In this document: positions 19,195-34,919 of the stretch, in pieces
How positions within the stretch are numbered: position 1 is the first letter of the stretch
Layout: each line of letters starts with the position of its first letter
NCBI GenBank assembly: GCA_951406725.2
Contig: OX597817.1
Span: 55,986,001 to 56,050,000 of the forward strand
Length of the DNA stretch: 64,000 bases
Direction of reading: 5' to 3'
DNA from: Octopus vulgaris
Taxonomy: Eukaryota
The notes under the pieces: generated by a model
The model's database searches: none
What the model was told of the DNA's origin: nothing
What the model saw: the letters and a program-made list of their open reading frames with translations, nothing else
Made by a program: the position numbers and the translations under genes

Positions 19195-20726
19195 GTGTGT
19201 GTGCGTTCCGAACTGAGTATATATGTGTGTGTATACTTATATGTATGTGTTTGTGCATGTGTCTGTGTGTATGTCTGCCTTCCCACCCTCGCCATTTTAA
19301 CTCCTGTTTCTCCATTCCCTCCTTCCCCTCTCATTCACCTCTTTATCTCTTTCTCTTTCCCCCTCCCTCCCTCCCTCTCACTCTGTCTATTACTCATTCG
19401 TTCATTCCATTCCTATTCGGCTTGATATGAAGAGTTCTGGCAGCTAATGCTCTCATCACAGACATCCAGAAACTGCTACTCTAGATTTCCAGAGACCAGC
19501 CCACGGTAATTTTATTCCTTGTTCGCCGCCATCTTTCTTCCAAGCATGTCTCAAGTCAAACCATTTTCTTGAATGCCATTTTGTTTACGAATTCTTTCTG
19601 CTATGCTTAGCTGAGAAATTCATATAAGCTCTTCCTAAAATTTCCTCCGTAACTTCGATTCTTTCTTTCGATAACCGATTTTTTATTTAAAACCTTTTAC
19701 CATATATTTTCTTCGTTTTTTTTCATCTTCCTCTCTTTCTGTATGTCTGTTTTTCTGTCGCTCATTCATTTTTTTTACCCTAGTTTTTATGTCACATTCT
19801 CTTTTAGCTTTTCCTTATTTTTTTCGTTCCATCTTCCCTCGTTCTTTTAACTATTCTTTATTTCATCTTCATATTTCTTTGTTCTAAATTCTCTTTCATT
19901 TATTTAGCATTTCATTCATTCATTCATCAATTATTATATATATATTTTTGCTTTTGTTTTTATCGTTTTTTATATTTAATTATATCTTATACTCATTTAT
20001 TCATTCATATTTTACCTTAAAAAATAATTAAATTCAAAATTGAAAAATGAAAGACCAAAAAATTTAATTTTAAAATTAACTATTTATTTTAAACGTAAGA
20101 ATCGATTCGATATAAAAGCCATACAACACATACACTTTAACAAATACCTTACAAATACATTTCTATTTTTAAAAGATGTTTTGTAAATAGAGCTTTTTTA
20201 AAAAAATCTTACAAATATTACTGAAATCCTCTCAATTGAAATTCTTACAAAATTGAGACAAAATGTCGCCAAGGCGTTCCAGCACAGCATTTGAAATTAG
20301 ATGTGCGATGACGTCATAGATTCGGCCAAAAGATGTCAGCTTATACAAATGAGCCTTCCCACCAACATGCTGGTATTTTCTAAGAGTTTGAAAAGGTGCG
20401 AGTTGCCATTGAAAATGTTTTCTAAAAACACTATTGATTGCCACAGGTAAAAAAACTATTGAATGCTACTAAAATATTTTGTCAAATGCTATAAAATATT
20501 ATCGATCACTGCTGTGAATATAAATCAATATTTCTCACTATTTTTACATTTTAATCCATGTTATACAGAGGCATACATTCACGACGTATGCATGGGTGTA
20601 TGTGCGTATCTTACTCATACAATTCCATAAAAGCAAATCTAAATATAATTATCTTAGAAAATAAGATAATAATAAGCAAACATATGGCATTATTTGCATC
20701 CATTCGCGTTCAAGTTTGACCTCTAA

Positions 20727-20790
<64 letters not shown>

Positions 20791-21005
20791 CCTTTGTACT
20801 ATAGACATTAGGCCTGAAGTTTTGGGGAGAATACAAGTCGATTATATCGATCCCACAGTTTAACTGGTACTTAATTTATCGACCCCGAAAAGAAGAACGC
20901 CAAAGTCGACCCCAGTGGAATTAGAAATCAGAACGTTGCGACGACGGGCGAAATACCGCTAAGCATTTTTGTCCAGCGCCCTAACGATTCTGTTAGCACG
21001 CAGCC

Positions 21006-21006
<1 letters not shown>
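20791..21006 (-). mobile_element. Family B SINE flanked by (AAT)n on both sides
   Basis: ctggtacttaatttatcgaccccgaaa...aaagtcgacc; (AAT)n at 20728-20790 and 21008-21060. Confidence 0.82.
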
Positions 21007-21061
<55 letters not shown>

Positions 21062-22255
21062 TCCTAAGGAGGACAGAGATTTAAAGGAGGCGGTTGTGGG
21101 GACTAACGGCAACAGTCTCTGAAATCCACCCAAGTAATTGACTGCTAATCAGCAGTCACTATTTTCTCCAGTCATGGAATGACACTGACAAGTGGCTATT
21201 CTATACAAACTTGAATGTGTTGAATATATGCTGACATTAGAGGTGGGTGAGGCTGATGTAGGATCTGAGTGCACTTTTATTACATTTCTATAATATTACT
21301 ATATATATATTTATATTATATATTCATTTATTTATTTAGTTGTTAATATTATTTATATTTTTAACCACAAAATGGCGTTCAAATTCATGGACCAAATTTT
21401 CCGAAATTACATAATAGTTGCGATGGTCGGTTTGTTCTAGACTCAAGAATTTGACATTGGTTTTGCGTGGCATAGAGTGGCATACATGTGTACGTAACGT
21501 CACATACAATTATACACACACACACACATACACGTATATATATATATATTTATATATATATATGGAGAGAGAGAGAGGCAGAAAGACAGATATACAGATA
21601 TATATATATATATATATATACATTTTATATGTAGGCATGTATGTGTAATTAACATATACATGTTTTATACACAGACACACACATATATATGATATATATA
21701 TCATTAGGTTTTTTTTTACCTGTCGTAACTACGGCCATGCTGCAACACTGGCTTTGGCTTATATATACAAATGTATGAATATATAATTTCCATATCAAAA
21801 ACAGGTGGTTGGGGTAAACCTTGTAAAATAGAGCTACAGGTAACTAATTAGACACTCACATACCTTCACATACCTACCTATACACTTGAAAATACATATA
21901 CATACTTATACAAATAGGTATTTTAGTATGTGCAACCCGATGCACACCTGCCACATTTTGCACATACATGAGAGATTACAGAAAGCATCACCCAAATATG
22001 CATCCATAGAAAAATGTGCGTACACATATGCACCTGTACATCTAGAGGGAGTGAGGCACAAAGAGAGAGAGAATGAGAGAGAGCTTCGAAGAAGAGATGA
22101 TATGCGTATGTGTGTGTGTGTGTGTGTGTTAGTGCATGTGTTTGCGCATGTGTCTCTGTGCTTCCTTTCATTCATAAATGTAGACCTGCATACATACCTG
22201 TAGCATATGTACATACAAAGGTACGAGTATATACATACACACACATACACACACA

Positions 22256-22312
<57 letters not shown>

Positions 22313-22506
22313 TATACCTCTATGCGTGAGTGTGTGTGTGTGTGTCTATATATATATATGACAAGATAAAGAGAATGGGAGAAAGCGACAGAGAGAGAAT
22401 GTAGGGTATGCATGCGTGCGCATTTAGAGAGACATTCCTCCATTGTAAATTTCACATTAATGTATGCAAGAATTTTGACTGTATGCTTGTATGCGTGTAT
22501 GTGTGA

Positions 22507-22550
<44 letters not shown>

Positions 22551-22758
22551 GTATGCGTATGTGCATATATATATATATACGTATGTGTATATAGAAACAG
22601 AGAGAAATGGATAGAGAGATAGATAGAGGGAGATAGAGAGAGAAAGAGAGACAGGTAAATGAACCAATATTTTTACAAATCGTTAAAGTAGTACTCAATA
22701 TATAAAATTGAATTTTGTATGTATGCGTAAAGGTATTTGCATATGCTTCTATGTACGT

Positions 22759-22806
<48 letters not shown>

Positions 22807-23499
22807 GAGAGACAAAAGAGAGAGCATGAGTGAGAGAGAGAGAGAATATGAGTCGAACAGAGGGAGAAAAGAAAAGAGACAATGAGAGGGAGAAATAGAC
22901 TGCGTGTATCCTTGATCATATATCTATAGTTATGTATACAGCTAATACTGTACCTCAAGTCCAGTTTGATCTAGATTTAATAAGCAGGGAAACCATTTAA
23001 AAGACACAATTTACAATCTGTTTCTTCTAGTTTGGCCCCTTTCATAGTATTATATATCTCCCTCTCATTCTCTCTTTCTCGCCAATTTTCTGAGTAAATT
23101 TATATCTCCCTCTGTCTTTCTCTCTACCTTTCTCTCTCTCTTTCTCTCGCTTTCTCTCATTCATTTTCTATATATCTCTGTATCTCCCTCTTGCTCTTGC
23201 TCTCCATCGTAGTTGCCGCTACCTCAACGATAGCTGCTCGCATCAAATGACTTTTATCTATCACGGTTTTAACCATTTCTCGTGCTCGTCTCAATCTTCT
23301 ACCCGACACCCCTACAGGATCGAATATTCCTTCCTTCACCCTCTGAGAAAGCGAATTTCTCTGTCTTTGGATCATCCCCTTCGTTGCTCGCTCTGTCGTT
23401 GCTTCCTCCTTCACTCCATATTATAATCACGCAGCCGTTCAGTCTAAACCATAAGCCTCTATAATCACAGCCTCTGCCAACTACTTTCTCTACAAGCCA

Positions 23500-23695
23500 T
23501 CGAGGGAATCTCTACGCGCTTGTTCGATCTGATAGAAATAGCAACCAAATTTCCCTCAAATCACAGCCAATTGTCATTAAAAACGGGATGACGCATTGCA
23601 CAATATAGTTCTTGGTATACAAAAAGGCGGAATGGTCACAGCTGGAAGATCTTTGATCATAGGTCTGAACTGGGGCTAAACAACAGCAACAGCTA
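23500..23695 (+). mobile_element. Dispersed repeat family D with (CAA)n tail
   Basis: tagaaatagcaaccaaat..ccctcaaatcac...tggtcacagctggaa..ctttgatcataggtctg..ctggggctaaacaac. Related copies at ~33770-33960, 44550-45020, 49535-49760, 51115-51310 and on the minus strand ~39040-39225. Confidence 0.65.
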
Positions 23696-24604
23696 ATACA
23701 TTCTCCATCAGTGAAATGAGATCTTCGTGGAACTGCAAGGATATTATTTCAACCATCCACAAATGTAAGTAGTTTCAGATTATATTAACCTCGCTCATAA
23801 CATATATCTACTTCCATTTTGATTTAATCTTTTACAGTTTTATTACATTTTCCTCAATGCACCCTGACTAGGAATTTTAGCCAAGCATAAGGATTTCTTT
23901 CTTTTTTCCTAATTATTTTATTTGCCTCAAAATGAGGAACCGGAATATAGTTCTCGACAGAAATGTGAACTCGAAGACTAAAAAATTATAACGAGGAAAA
24001 TAACCGGTTTTCTTTTATATAATCTCTAAGTTTCTGCCATTTCTAAGTATTTCTAAGTCGTTTCTAAGTATTTTGGGTATTAACCTTGGTTCCAGAAATT
24101 GCTCAAAATTCAAAAAGTGTATTGGAATATAATAATGGTTTCAATCGTTATCAAAAAACAATTTGTAGCGTAGCAGAAGTAAAAACGTAACATATATCAT
24201 CTGTTGGAAACGGCTTTGATGAAACTATATAATATTCTTTTAGTTTTAATCTATTCGATATACCGGTAAGTCAGCTGCTGTGCCTATTTGTGCATGACGG
24301 ATCACACATTCATTAAGGTGCCACAGGTGATGCATCACATGAGTTGCTACAGCTGCTACAGGTATTCTCAATTGACGACAAAGCCGCATCTGAGTCGCGG
24401 ATATTTTCAATAGATATTCCTCTAATGGAGTTTCCTAAAACCTTAAATACTGATAAATTGACTCAATTGGAATTAAGGGACGAATGCGTATGTATGTGTT
24501 TGTGTGGGGGCGTGTGTGTGTATGGGAGAAAACGATTCATACACAATATATATATGTGTGTGTGAGTGTATGTGTATATATAATAATATATATATATATA
24601 AATC

Positions 24605-24645
<41 letters not shown>

Positions 24646-24796
24646 TATGTATGTACATATAGATAGATATGTATAGATAGATAGATAGATAGATATAGAT
24701 ATAGGTATTAAATGTTTTTTGCATGATTGTTCCTTGATAAAATCCTATGTAGATATCCTTAATTTTAATGTATATATATTCATATATGTGAATATG

Positions 24797-24845
<49 letters not shown>

Positions 24846-25033
24846 TTATATATATATAAATACATCTTTATATATATATATAGTATGTATTATCAGGTAT
24901 CTTTTTACTAGAGAGGTCTGAAATATTTATCAAAAATATTTATCCTATTTCTCTAGTTATTTAGTTTTCATATTTTGTCTGTTTCTCGTCAGATTTGTTC
25001 TTTATATGCGGATTTCTAAAGGCTTCTACACAT

Positions 25034-25065
<32 letters not shown>

Positions 25066-25445
25066 ATGAGGTTTATATATATATATATATATATTTGCTT
25101 ATCAACCGATATAATCATAAGAGAGGGAGAGACAAACAGGATGAGAGGGACAGGAAAAGAGAGAAACACATAGGTGTAAAGTTGATTTTTTTTTCTCGTC
25201 TAAACTCCGTTTATGAAGATGACGCCATTTTGTCGATCAAACGGTCCTACGTAACGGGAAATTCTCCACCTCGCCATTTGCACGGTGGAATGTAAAAGGT
25301 CATCTGTATACATATACATGCACACATACAGACACGTACACACACACTCTCCCACATTCACAAACTGGCACTAACACACACATATACACACTAACACATA
25401 CATATATATAGGGGCATATTCATATATGTGCATTTGTGTGTGCCT

Positions 25446-25494
<49 letters not shown>

Positions 25495-25647
25495 CATATA
25501 TATTTATATATACATGCACAATGAATGAAAAAGTTCTCTCCAAATCAACATATATATATTCATATATATATGTATATATGTATGTATATATATATATATA
25601 TATATGTATATATGTCTATATGTATATATATATACATATATAAATAC

Positions 25648-25710
<63 letters not shown>

Positions 25711-25730
25711 ATATTATATATATATACATA

Positions 25731-25833
<103 letters not shown>

Positions 25834-25929
25834 AATGTATAAATGTTCGGTAAAATATATGATTCCTGATGTTTCAGTAACTCGAAATAAGAGAGCTAAA
25901 TGATTATCCAATATTCTGACTACTTTTTT

Positions 25930-25985
<56 letters not shown>

Positions 25986-26556
25986 CATAGACACACAAAC
26001 ACACACACACATACACGCACACACGCACAGCTGATTTCTTTTTTAAATGTGAAACCTTTGCGACCAATGAGGGGTTGATACTTTCACCACATTACGCTTG
26101 CCGGAATTCAGAGGAGTGCAGTCTGAGGTAAATCGAATTCCTTTACATATATCATATATATATATATATATATACTTATATGAATGTATGTATATACATG
26201 TATAAATGTATGTATTTATGTATGTACGTATGTATACATATTTGGAGCTTACGCATGGATGCATACCATTATATGTGGATGCGTAATGTGTGCGTTCCTC
26301 TATGTGTGTGTGTGTGCGTGTGTGTGTGCAAATATGTATGCATTTCATATGTTTGTCTCACTAGATACTGATATAAAGGAAACTTCAATTCGTTAGTAAA
26401 TTTATCTAGAATAAAATATTCTTCCGTATCAAAAGATTGCTGCAAATCCGTAAGCATATTCCGTCAATATGCATCGTCCAGGTAGCTCTCACATACAATT
26501 TAAACAAAGAAAGAAAGAATAAAGAAATTAATTCAAAGCCCACTTTAATCTTTATG

Positions 26557-26647
<91 letters not shown>

Positions 26648-26732
26648 TGTGTGTGTGAATGTATATATAACTATGATGTATTGTTTTATATTTCCTTCAT
26701 TATAAATGTAAATGTATGCATAAATAATAATA

Positions 26733-26778
<46 letters not shown>

Positions 26779-27129
26779 TATTTTACCTATATCCATATAT
26801 ATACCATTTAAATTACCAACTACGGTTAACCTTCCAGCAAGGACTTTACATAGTGAGATAATACACCAGTAGAGCCTATGGAAAAATTTATCCCTTAGAC
26901 GGTTCCGTAACATGTAACCCATAGTTTTCTATATATATGTATATAAATATATACGTAAAATATATAGGGTAGCGAGTTTTTTAGAAACTTCACTACCTGT
27001 GACCTAGCATGTATAAAAAACCAATAGGCAACATATTCTCAGAGTATATATATAGCACCACCTGTATACCTATTTATATATATATACCACCACCTGTATA
27101 AATATATATGTAGCACCACCTGGCATGTA

Positions 27130-27167
<38 letters not shown>

Positions 27168-27240
27168 GACTACTTATGCATACATATTTCTTGTATATGT
27201 TTGAAGCTATATTCCCATATACGAACACGTATAAGGATGC

Positions 27241-27306
<66 letters not shown>

Positions 27307-27709
27307 ATGTACTTCTTTCTGCATACATTTACGAATATAGTTGGCTATGTATGTTTCAAATTAAACAATTAGTCCTGGAGTTATCTTGTATGTGAATATT
27401 CAACAACGAACTGTATATTAGAACACGTTTTGTATTTTTAAACTCTACAGGAATTTTCATAGTTTAACAGTTGGTAATGCGCGTAGGGGAGAGCATCTTT
27501 TCCACTGATCGACTCTGCATTAGAATCTGAAGTTCAGTTTAAAGTATTTGAATCTATTTCTCTACCTTTAATGATTATGTGGAAACATATTCGTATATTT
27601 CTGCATACACACCATTAGGCAATTCGCTTAAATGAACTTTTATGATCGTATTTCGAAAAGTTAATTCATTCATAGACGTCCTTGCAGAAATACGCACGAA
27701 CACACACAC

Positions 27710-27800
<91 letters not shown>

Positions 27801-27825
27801 TGTATGTATGTACATATAAATATAT

Positions 27826-27945
<120 letters not shown>

Positions 27946-28297
27946 GCCCAAAACGGTCGTGACTTCGGAGACTTGACTGAGAAAAGAAAGCCACGAAAGA
28001 CCCGTCTTTTTTGCCTGTCCTTCGAATCATTGTTTCTCTTGTCCGCCGTGTATCGACCATTTGTCTGTATGTTTTATTGTACTCTATTGCCTTTTTGTTC
28101 AATTTATATATGTATATATATATATATATATATACAGTATATACGCACACCCACGCAATCATATATATATGTATATATAATGGTGAAATTTTACAAAATG
28201 TATAAGTATATGATGAGTAAAGCACCGGCACAGTTTCGATAGCAAGAACTTCGTAGTGGCGATTGGGGTAACAGTATTAATAAAATCGGAGATGGAA

Positions 28298-28340
28298 TAC
28301 AACACATGTTTCGACGCGATCTGGGTCTCTTAAGGTACAT
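28298..28340 (-). ncRNA. Degenerate hammerhead-like motif
   Basis: Minus strand: cttaaga-gaccc agatc gcgtc-GAAACATGT (palindromic stem III). Confidence 0.4.
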
Positions 28341-28566
28341 GAATATAAAGTCTCACTAGAGGTTTTTTGAGTCGATTGATGTACCGCTACATGTCCATTC
28401 AATACGAGAATGAATAGAAACAGCGAAAAAATTATTGAAATTCAAAAAATTCAAATATCAGCGTGAAAATTATACATTCTCTATGTATGTATATTTATGT
28501 ATACGCACATACAGTTATAAAGCCGTTCCCTTCGATTAACTGCAATAAAACTTTTATGAACGACAG

Positions 28567-28618
<52 letters not shown>

Positions 28619-28976
28619 TTGTCTGCGTGTGTGCGTGTGTGTATTTTGTGCTGCAGTAAGAAGCGGTGCACGGTACCAACATTTTCGATTCGCCTCAAAT
28701 TTAACAAACTACTCCAACTTGTTGTGAGAGTATCGGCACGAGAGGAGTTTGCCCCGATTAGTTTGTACAAGCATCGAGTCACATAAGTCGTCATTTTGAA
28801 ATGTTGTAAAGGAGATGGAGTTTTACATAAGGGAGGCATTGCCTATTCCGTATGACGCTAATCTGATACGTTCGTATTAATTAATTTCAGAATACCACCA
28901 TTTGGCCCGATTTCATTAATACAATTTACATCCGCATACACAAACACACACACACACACATCATACATATATATAC

Positions 28977-29065
<89 letters not shown>

Positions 29066-29100
29066 TATATAGATGAGAAATTTGGTTTGTGAAACGTTGT

Positions 29101-29140
29101 AAGAAATTTGAAAAGCTAAACGCGAAACCGGTCATTTCTT
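29101..29140 (+). ncRNA. Minimal type-I hammerhead-like motif with degenerate core
   Basis: aagaaat|ttgaaaa|gc-taaac-gc|GAAAC-cg-GTC|atttctt. Perfect 7-bp stem I, ACCGGT palindromic stem III, GUC site. Confidence 0.55.
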
Positions 29141-29530
29141 CTAAACTATGTAATTGTAAGAAAAAAAAAATTATAATATTCTTCAGACATATTGACTCAA
29201 ATATATATTTTTTAACCTTTTAAAACAAGCCTTCTGTAGTTTTTTCACTTTTTACTATTTTATATATATATATATATATATACACGTATTTAATTAGGAT
29301 AAAATAAGAATTGTTTAATCTGAAACATATTGATATATTAGAAATTAAAAAAGATAGATATATAAAATATATGAACACTAAAAATATACAAGGACATATA
29401 AATGTATTAGATATGTAAACGTAATAATAACAGAATATGGATATAAATAATGAAAGATAGAAAAATAGAAAAAAGACGTTTCTTAGAAAATTCAAAATGT
29501 AATATAGAGATAGTAATAGGCATTCTAAGC

Positions 29531-29587
<57 letters not shown>

Positions 29588-29594
29588 TCGCCAT

Positions 29595-29772
29595 GAAAGA
29601 TTGCAAGCCACAAAACCTTTAATTTCTCTCTTTGTTTCTTTCTGTGTTCCTGTCTTTGGAAGAGCGTAGGCTCGAAACCTTAAAGACTTTTTTCACTTCC
29701 CGAGCGTTAAACTAATACATCTGTTTGTTGTCTACACCACCTGTCTTCGTCTTCTTTTTCTGAATTCTCCTT
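29595..29772 (+). mobile_element. Penelope-like pseudo-LTR fragment with hammerhead-like motif
   Basis: gtcttt-ggaa-gagc gtag gctc-gaaac-ctt-aaagac. Second copy at 61300-61485 (-). Both abut TA-rich runs. Confidence 0.6.
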
Positions 29773-29825
29773 TACATACATATATATATACATATATATA
29801 TATATACATATATATATATAAATAA

Positions 29826-29881
<56 letters not shown>

Positions 29882-29974
29882 TGTATATATATATATACAT
29901 ATAGATGTATGTATCAATGTATGTATGTATGTATGTATGTATAGATAGATAGATAGATAGATAGATAGACAGAC

Positions 29975-30117
<143 letters not shown>

Positions 30118-30538
30118 CGGTTATAGTTGTACTCTTCTAAAATTGAAGTGACTTCATGCATAAAGCGTGTACTGCTAGGATGCTTTACACAAATGCTTCG
30201 TTAAGTTTGTGAAGCATAACGATAGATATTTCGATTTGTGCTATGCCATATCTTCACTCAGAGAGAATGCACACAGAAAAGAGGAATGTGCATATGTGTG
30301 TGTGTGTATGTGTGTGTGTGTGTGTGCGTGAATATCGGTTATTTACGATAGTCTGGAGCATATAATACATTCTACAATCATTATGTTATATTGCATTACA
30401 TTATATAACATATACATTAAACACACACACACATATATATACATATATCTGTTCATATATATCACTACGATTTGATACATAAATTCGTATTTATGTATTC
30501 ATGTAAAATTCCATATATATATTCATACATACGTGTAC

Positions 30539-30586
<48 letters not shown>

Positions 30587-30613
30587 AGGTTTGGAGATGA
30601 TGTACGGGTATTA

Positions 30614-30841
30614 TATATTAGAAGAAATGAGGTACTCAGAAAATCGGATGGTTTATATTTACAGATATTTATTTGTATATTGCTTATTTTTATATATATA
30701 TCTTAGTTTGATTTGAAAACCCCACTAGAATTGGAGAAAGCGCTAATGATCTAAGTGATATGATATATATATATAAAAAATGTAATATACAAATAAATAT
30801 CTGTAAATATAAACCATCCGAATTTCTGAGTACCTCATTTC

Positions 30842-30851
<10 letters not shown>
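30614..30851. repeat. Fold-back element: ~66-bp inverted repeats
   Basis: tatattagaagaaatgaggtactcagaaa.tcggatggtttatatttacagatatttatttgtatatt versus its reverse complement at 30784-30851. Confidence 0.85.
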
Positions 30852-30904
<53 letters not shown>

Positions 30905-31482
30905 GCACACATAAAAGTGTGGATGCATATATACATATATATCCGTGTGTGTGTGTGTGTATGCATGTATGCATTTATGTATATATGATTATATTACAAC
31001 ATTCATGAATGGGTGTGTGCATATATATATATATATATACACGTTTATGTGGGTGCATGCGTCTATGTGTGTGAGTGTTTTCATTTGTGTGTGTATATGT
31101 GTAAACGCGGATTTAGGATTAAGAATCGAGTGAAATATAAAGATTGTACTTTTTCAAATCAGCGAGCTAGGATCTATATCTTGCATTTTAGCTTCTTGTT
31201 ACACGTTCTTACCTCTAGATCTGCTGACTGATATATATATATATATAAAATTGAGGGTGAGAAATTGAATATTAATTTGATTGATATCAATTTAAAACCA
31301 ATGGCCTATAATATTAACATCTGAAGGTTCAGAAAATTATATTACATACATATAAGAGGGATGACCACAACGTGGACAACCTTTTTGCTAGAAGTAGATG
31401 CCTGGTCATCACATTTATATGTATATGTATGTATATATATATACATACCTGTATACCTGTATATATATATATACCTGTATGC

Positions 31483-31538
<56 letters not shown>

Positions 31539-31808
31539 GTATGCAGGTTTGAATGTGTGAATATATCTATATACAAGCATCATGTATATATTCATACTTC
31601 CTGGATATACTGCCTACCTTTATGAATGACACAACGCTAGCTTGCATCAAGCACATTTCGTGTGTGTGTGTGTACATATATTAGACGATGATATTGAAAA
31701 TTGTAGCGGTTCTCATTTATAATGCGTTCTTCATGATCTGGCAATGATTTTTAGACTCTCTTCCTAGTTTGAAATGGACATCTGTTATTGGCACTGCTCT
31801 ATCTGGAA

Positions 31809-32000
<192 letters not shown>

Positions 32001-32431
32001 ATTACAGTTTCAAATTTTGCCACAGGAGTAGCATGTTCGGGGTAAAGGGCACGCCGAGTACATCAACCCCAGTGTTTCACTAGTACTTAATTTCATCGAC
32101 CCCCTCCTCCCCCGAAAGGATGAAAGGCAAAGACGATGATGATGATGATCAGTTAATAATAACCGTTATTGATACTTGATTACACTAAGCTGAAGCAGAT
32201 TAAATATTATTAGAACGTAGAGTGCAATCCACCTACCAGTATATGTAAACAATCCGCGACTTATTTCGATTGAGAGCAACGTCCGACTCCGACCGCTTTT
32301 TCCACTCCGATCACCTTGTACAAAGTGCATTTCTAAAAAAAAAAAAAATCCAGAAAACATCTCCGGTTTTATTTGAACTGTAAAATATTCTTCTTCCTCT
32401 CCAATGCTACTCTGTTTTTCAGTATATATCT

Positions 32432-32660
32432 GTTTCTTTATTATCCACAAGGTGCTAAACATAGAGGGGACAAACAAGGACAGACAAACGCATTAAGTCG
32501 ATTACATCTACCCTAGTGCGTAACTGGTACTTAATTTATCGACCCCGACAGAATGACATGCAAAGTCGACCTCGGTGGAATTTGAACTAAGAACGTAACG
32601 GCAGACGAAATACGGCTACGCATTTCGCCCAGCGTGCTAACGTTTCTGCCAGCGCGCCGC
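32432..32660 (-). mobile_element. Family B SINE with Tx1-like tail, full length, with TSD
   Basis: Core plus tail tttctttattatccacaagg.gctaaacatagagggg; flanking duplication tttttcagtatatatc. Confidence 0.88.
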
Positions 32661-32907
32661 GTTATTTTTCAGTATATATCCTCTAAGCCAGAGGTTCTCA
32701 ATCCATGTCCTTTTAACTCATCATTCATAAAATAATACATTTGAATGCTTGTCTCCATCAGGTTTTTGCAGAAAAAGCACAGTGCCTAATTATTCATATT
32801 TTATTACTGTATCCCATCATGGGTCCCTCTTTTGATATTTGTGTGGACAGGTGAATCTCAATAAGAAATTAACATGGGGTAGTAGTCTACGCAAATATTT
32901 TTTTTCT

Positions 32908-33110
32908 TATTTTATTCGTTTCAGTCATTTGACTGCGGCCATACTGGAGCACCGCCTTTAGTCGAACAAATCGAGCCCAGGCCTTATTCTTTGTAAGCCT
33001 AGTACTTATTCTATCGGTCTGTTTTGCCGAACCGCTAAGTTACGGGGACAGAAACACATCGGTTGTCAAGCGATGTTGGGAGACAAACACCGATACACAA
33101 ATATATATAT
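32908..33110 (-). mobile_element. Family A SINE, 3' half
   Basis: gtttcagtcatttgactgcggccatactggagcaccgcctttagtcga... Confidence 0.85.
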
Positions 33111-33694
33111 ATGTCTTTTAAGACCAACCCCAACTTCTAAATATTCTTTCCCAATGGATAGAACACGCATCATACCAATCATCCACAAGTGCTTTCTCCA
33201 GCTTCTCTTTCGACGACATATTCAAGACATTACCTTCTCTTTGAAGAACAGAGGTATAGAACTTCCCTCCTACCATTTTCATTGATAAATTCCGGAACTA
33301 AGAAAGCATCCTGATTTCAAATGTACCAATTCTACGACATTGGTCGATATCTAGTATTTTGTTTTAATATAGTTTCGAATTTTGTTCAGTAATTTATATT
33401 CCCTAATTAAAAAATAATCATTTTACACATTTCCGTTGTTATAGATCTTCACTGAAAACTCGGTAAGAGCCATTGATCTATTTAAGGCCAGTCTCAGGTC
33501 TTTCTTTTACGATACGATGAGAGGAAATGTATTATCTTCTAGATGGAACCCTACTCTATCCTACCTTAGAAGCGAACATTAGTTTATCTAAAAGGAATCT
33601 TCATTGATGGTGACTTACATTTCTGACCTCTAACAATTTTCCCAAATCATAGCGTAAATACATTTTTCTATAACTCATCTCCAACTCCAGTACA

Positions 33695-33736
<42 letters not shown>

Positions 33737-34627
33737 TACACGCACACTCACGTGCTCACAATGGCCAACGAAATTAGCTTCTGTGCAGTCACTTGACCTA
33801 CTTGAAATAGTAGCCTAATCTCTCTGAAATAACACCGTATCAAGGAAGGACATAAAAGATAACAAAATTTGAGATAAATTTGAGTTAGTCACGGCTAAAT
33901 TACTTTTAAGCTAGATCTACTTGGTCATTGAGGCATGAAATGGAGCTAAACCACAGGAACACAATTAATAGCCGAGGAGTTAGTGTTAGTAAACTAATAA
34001 TTTCAGAAATCTTCGTTTAATCGAAAGAATTCATTAATACCGCCATCAGTATATAGCTGGTAACTTAATCTATCGACTTCGGAAGCTATGATAATTCCAC
34101 CGGCGGAAATTGAAATACGACGGATAAAGGGATATAGCTAAATAATTTAAGGTATGCAGTCCAATTTTAACGGTCGATATTACTAGAAATGCAGCAGATC
34201 GAATTCAAATGAACGACACAGTTTTTCACCTCTTATGCAACATAGCTAATAATATTAATCCTACCGGAAGTATGATCTCAGACTTTTTGAAAGGTAGTGG
34301 TGATATAATCGATAATGGAAGGGTTATCAAAATGAAAGCACACGATAATTGTATAGGAAAAGTATTGTTAATTTGTACTGCATGACCTTGTTACGTCATA
34401 CTCTGATGACGTAACGAGTAGAATGGGAAATGTATGGTTCCTTACAATGGATAGATATGATGGTGATTAGTTTGCATTCAGTGGTTCTTTAGTATGACTG
34501 CCGTGGTTTGGTTGTAGATTCAGTGAAGGACGCCGTGTAGCAAGCCAACCATCCCAGGTGACCACACCGCCTACACAGGACAATAAAACAATGTGACACT
34601 CCGCCAAAATTACACACATACACACAC

Positions 34628-34664
<37 letters not shown>

Positions 34665-34753
34665 AACACAAACATATATACATACATTATACACATATAT
34701 ATAAATATACACATATATGTATGTGATATAATATGTATATATAATACATATAT

Positions 34754-34807
<54 letters not shown>

Positions 34808-34919
34808 AACATATATACATACATTATACACATATATATAAATATACACATATATGTATGTGATACACATATATGTATGTGATATAATATCTATATATAA
34901 TATATATATATATATATTC

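Noticed and set aside
18660-19430. 256-aa hydrophobic ORF
   Set aside because: CT-rich low-complexity tract producing a Leu/Ser/Phe bias.
34399-34420. Hammerhead at ctgatga (34403)
   Set aside because: No stem II or GAAA element follows.
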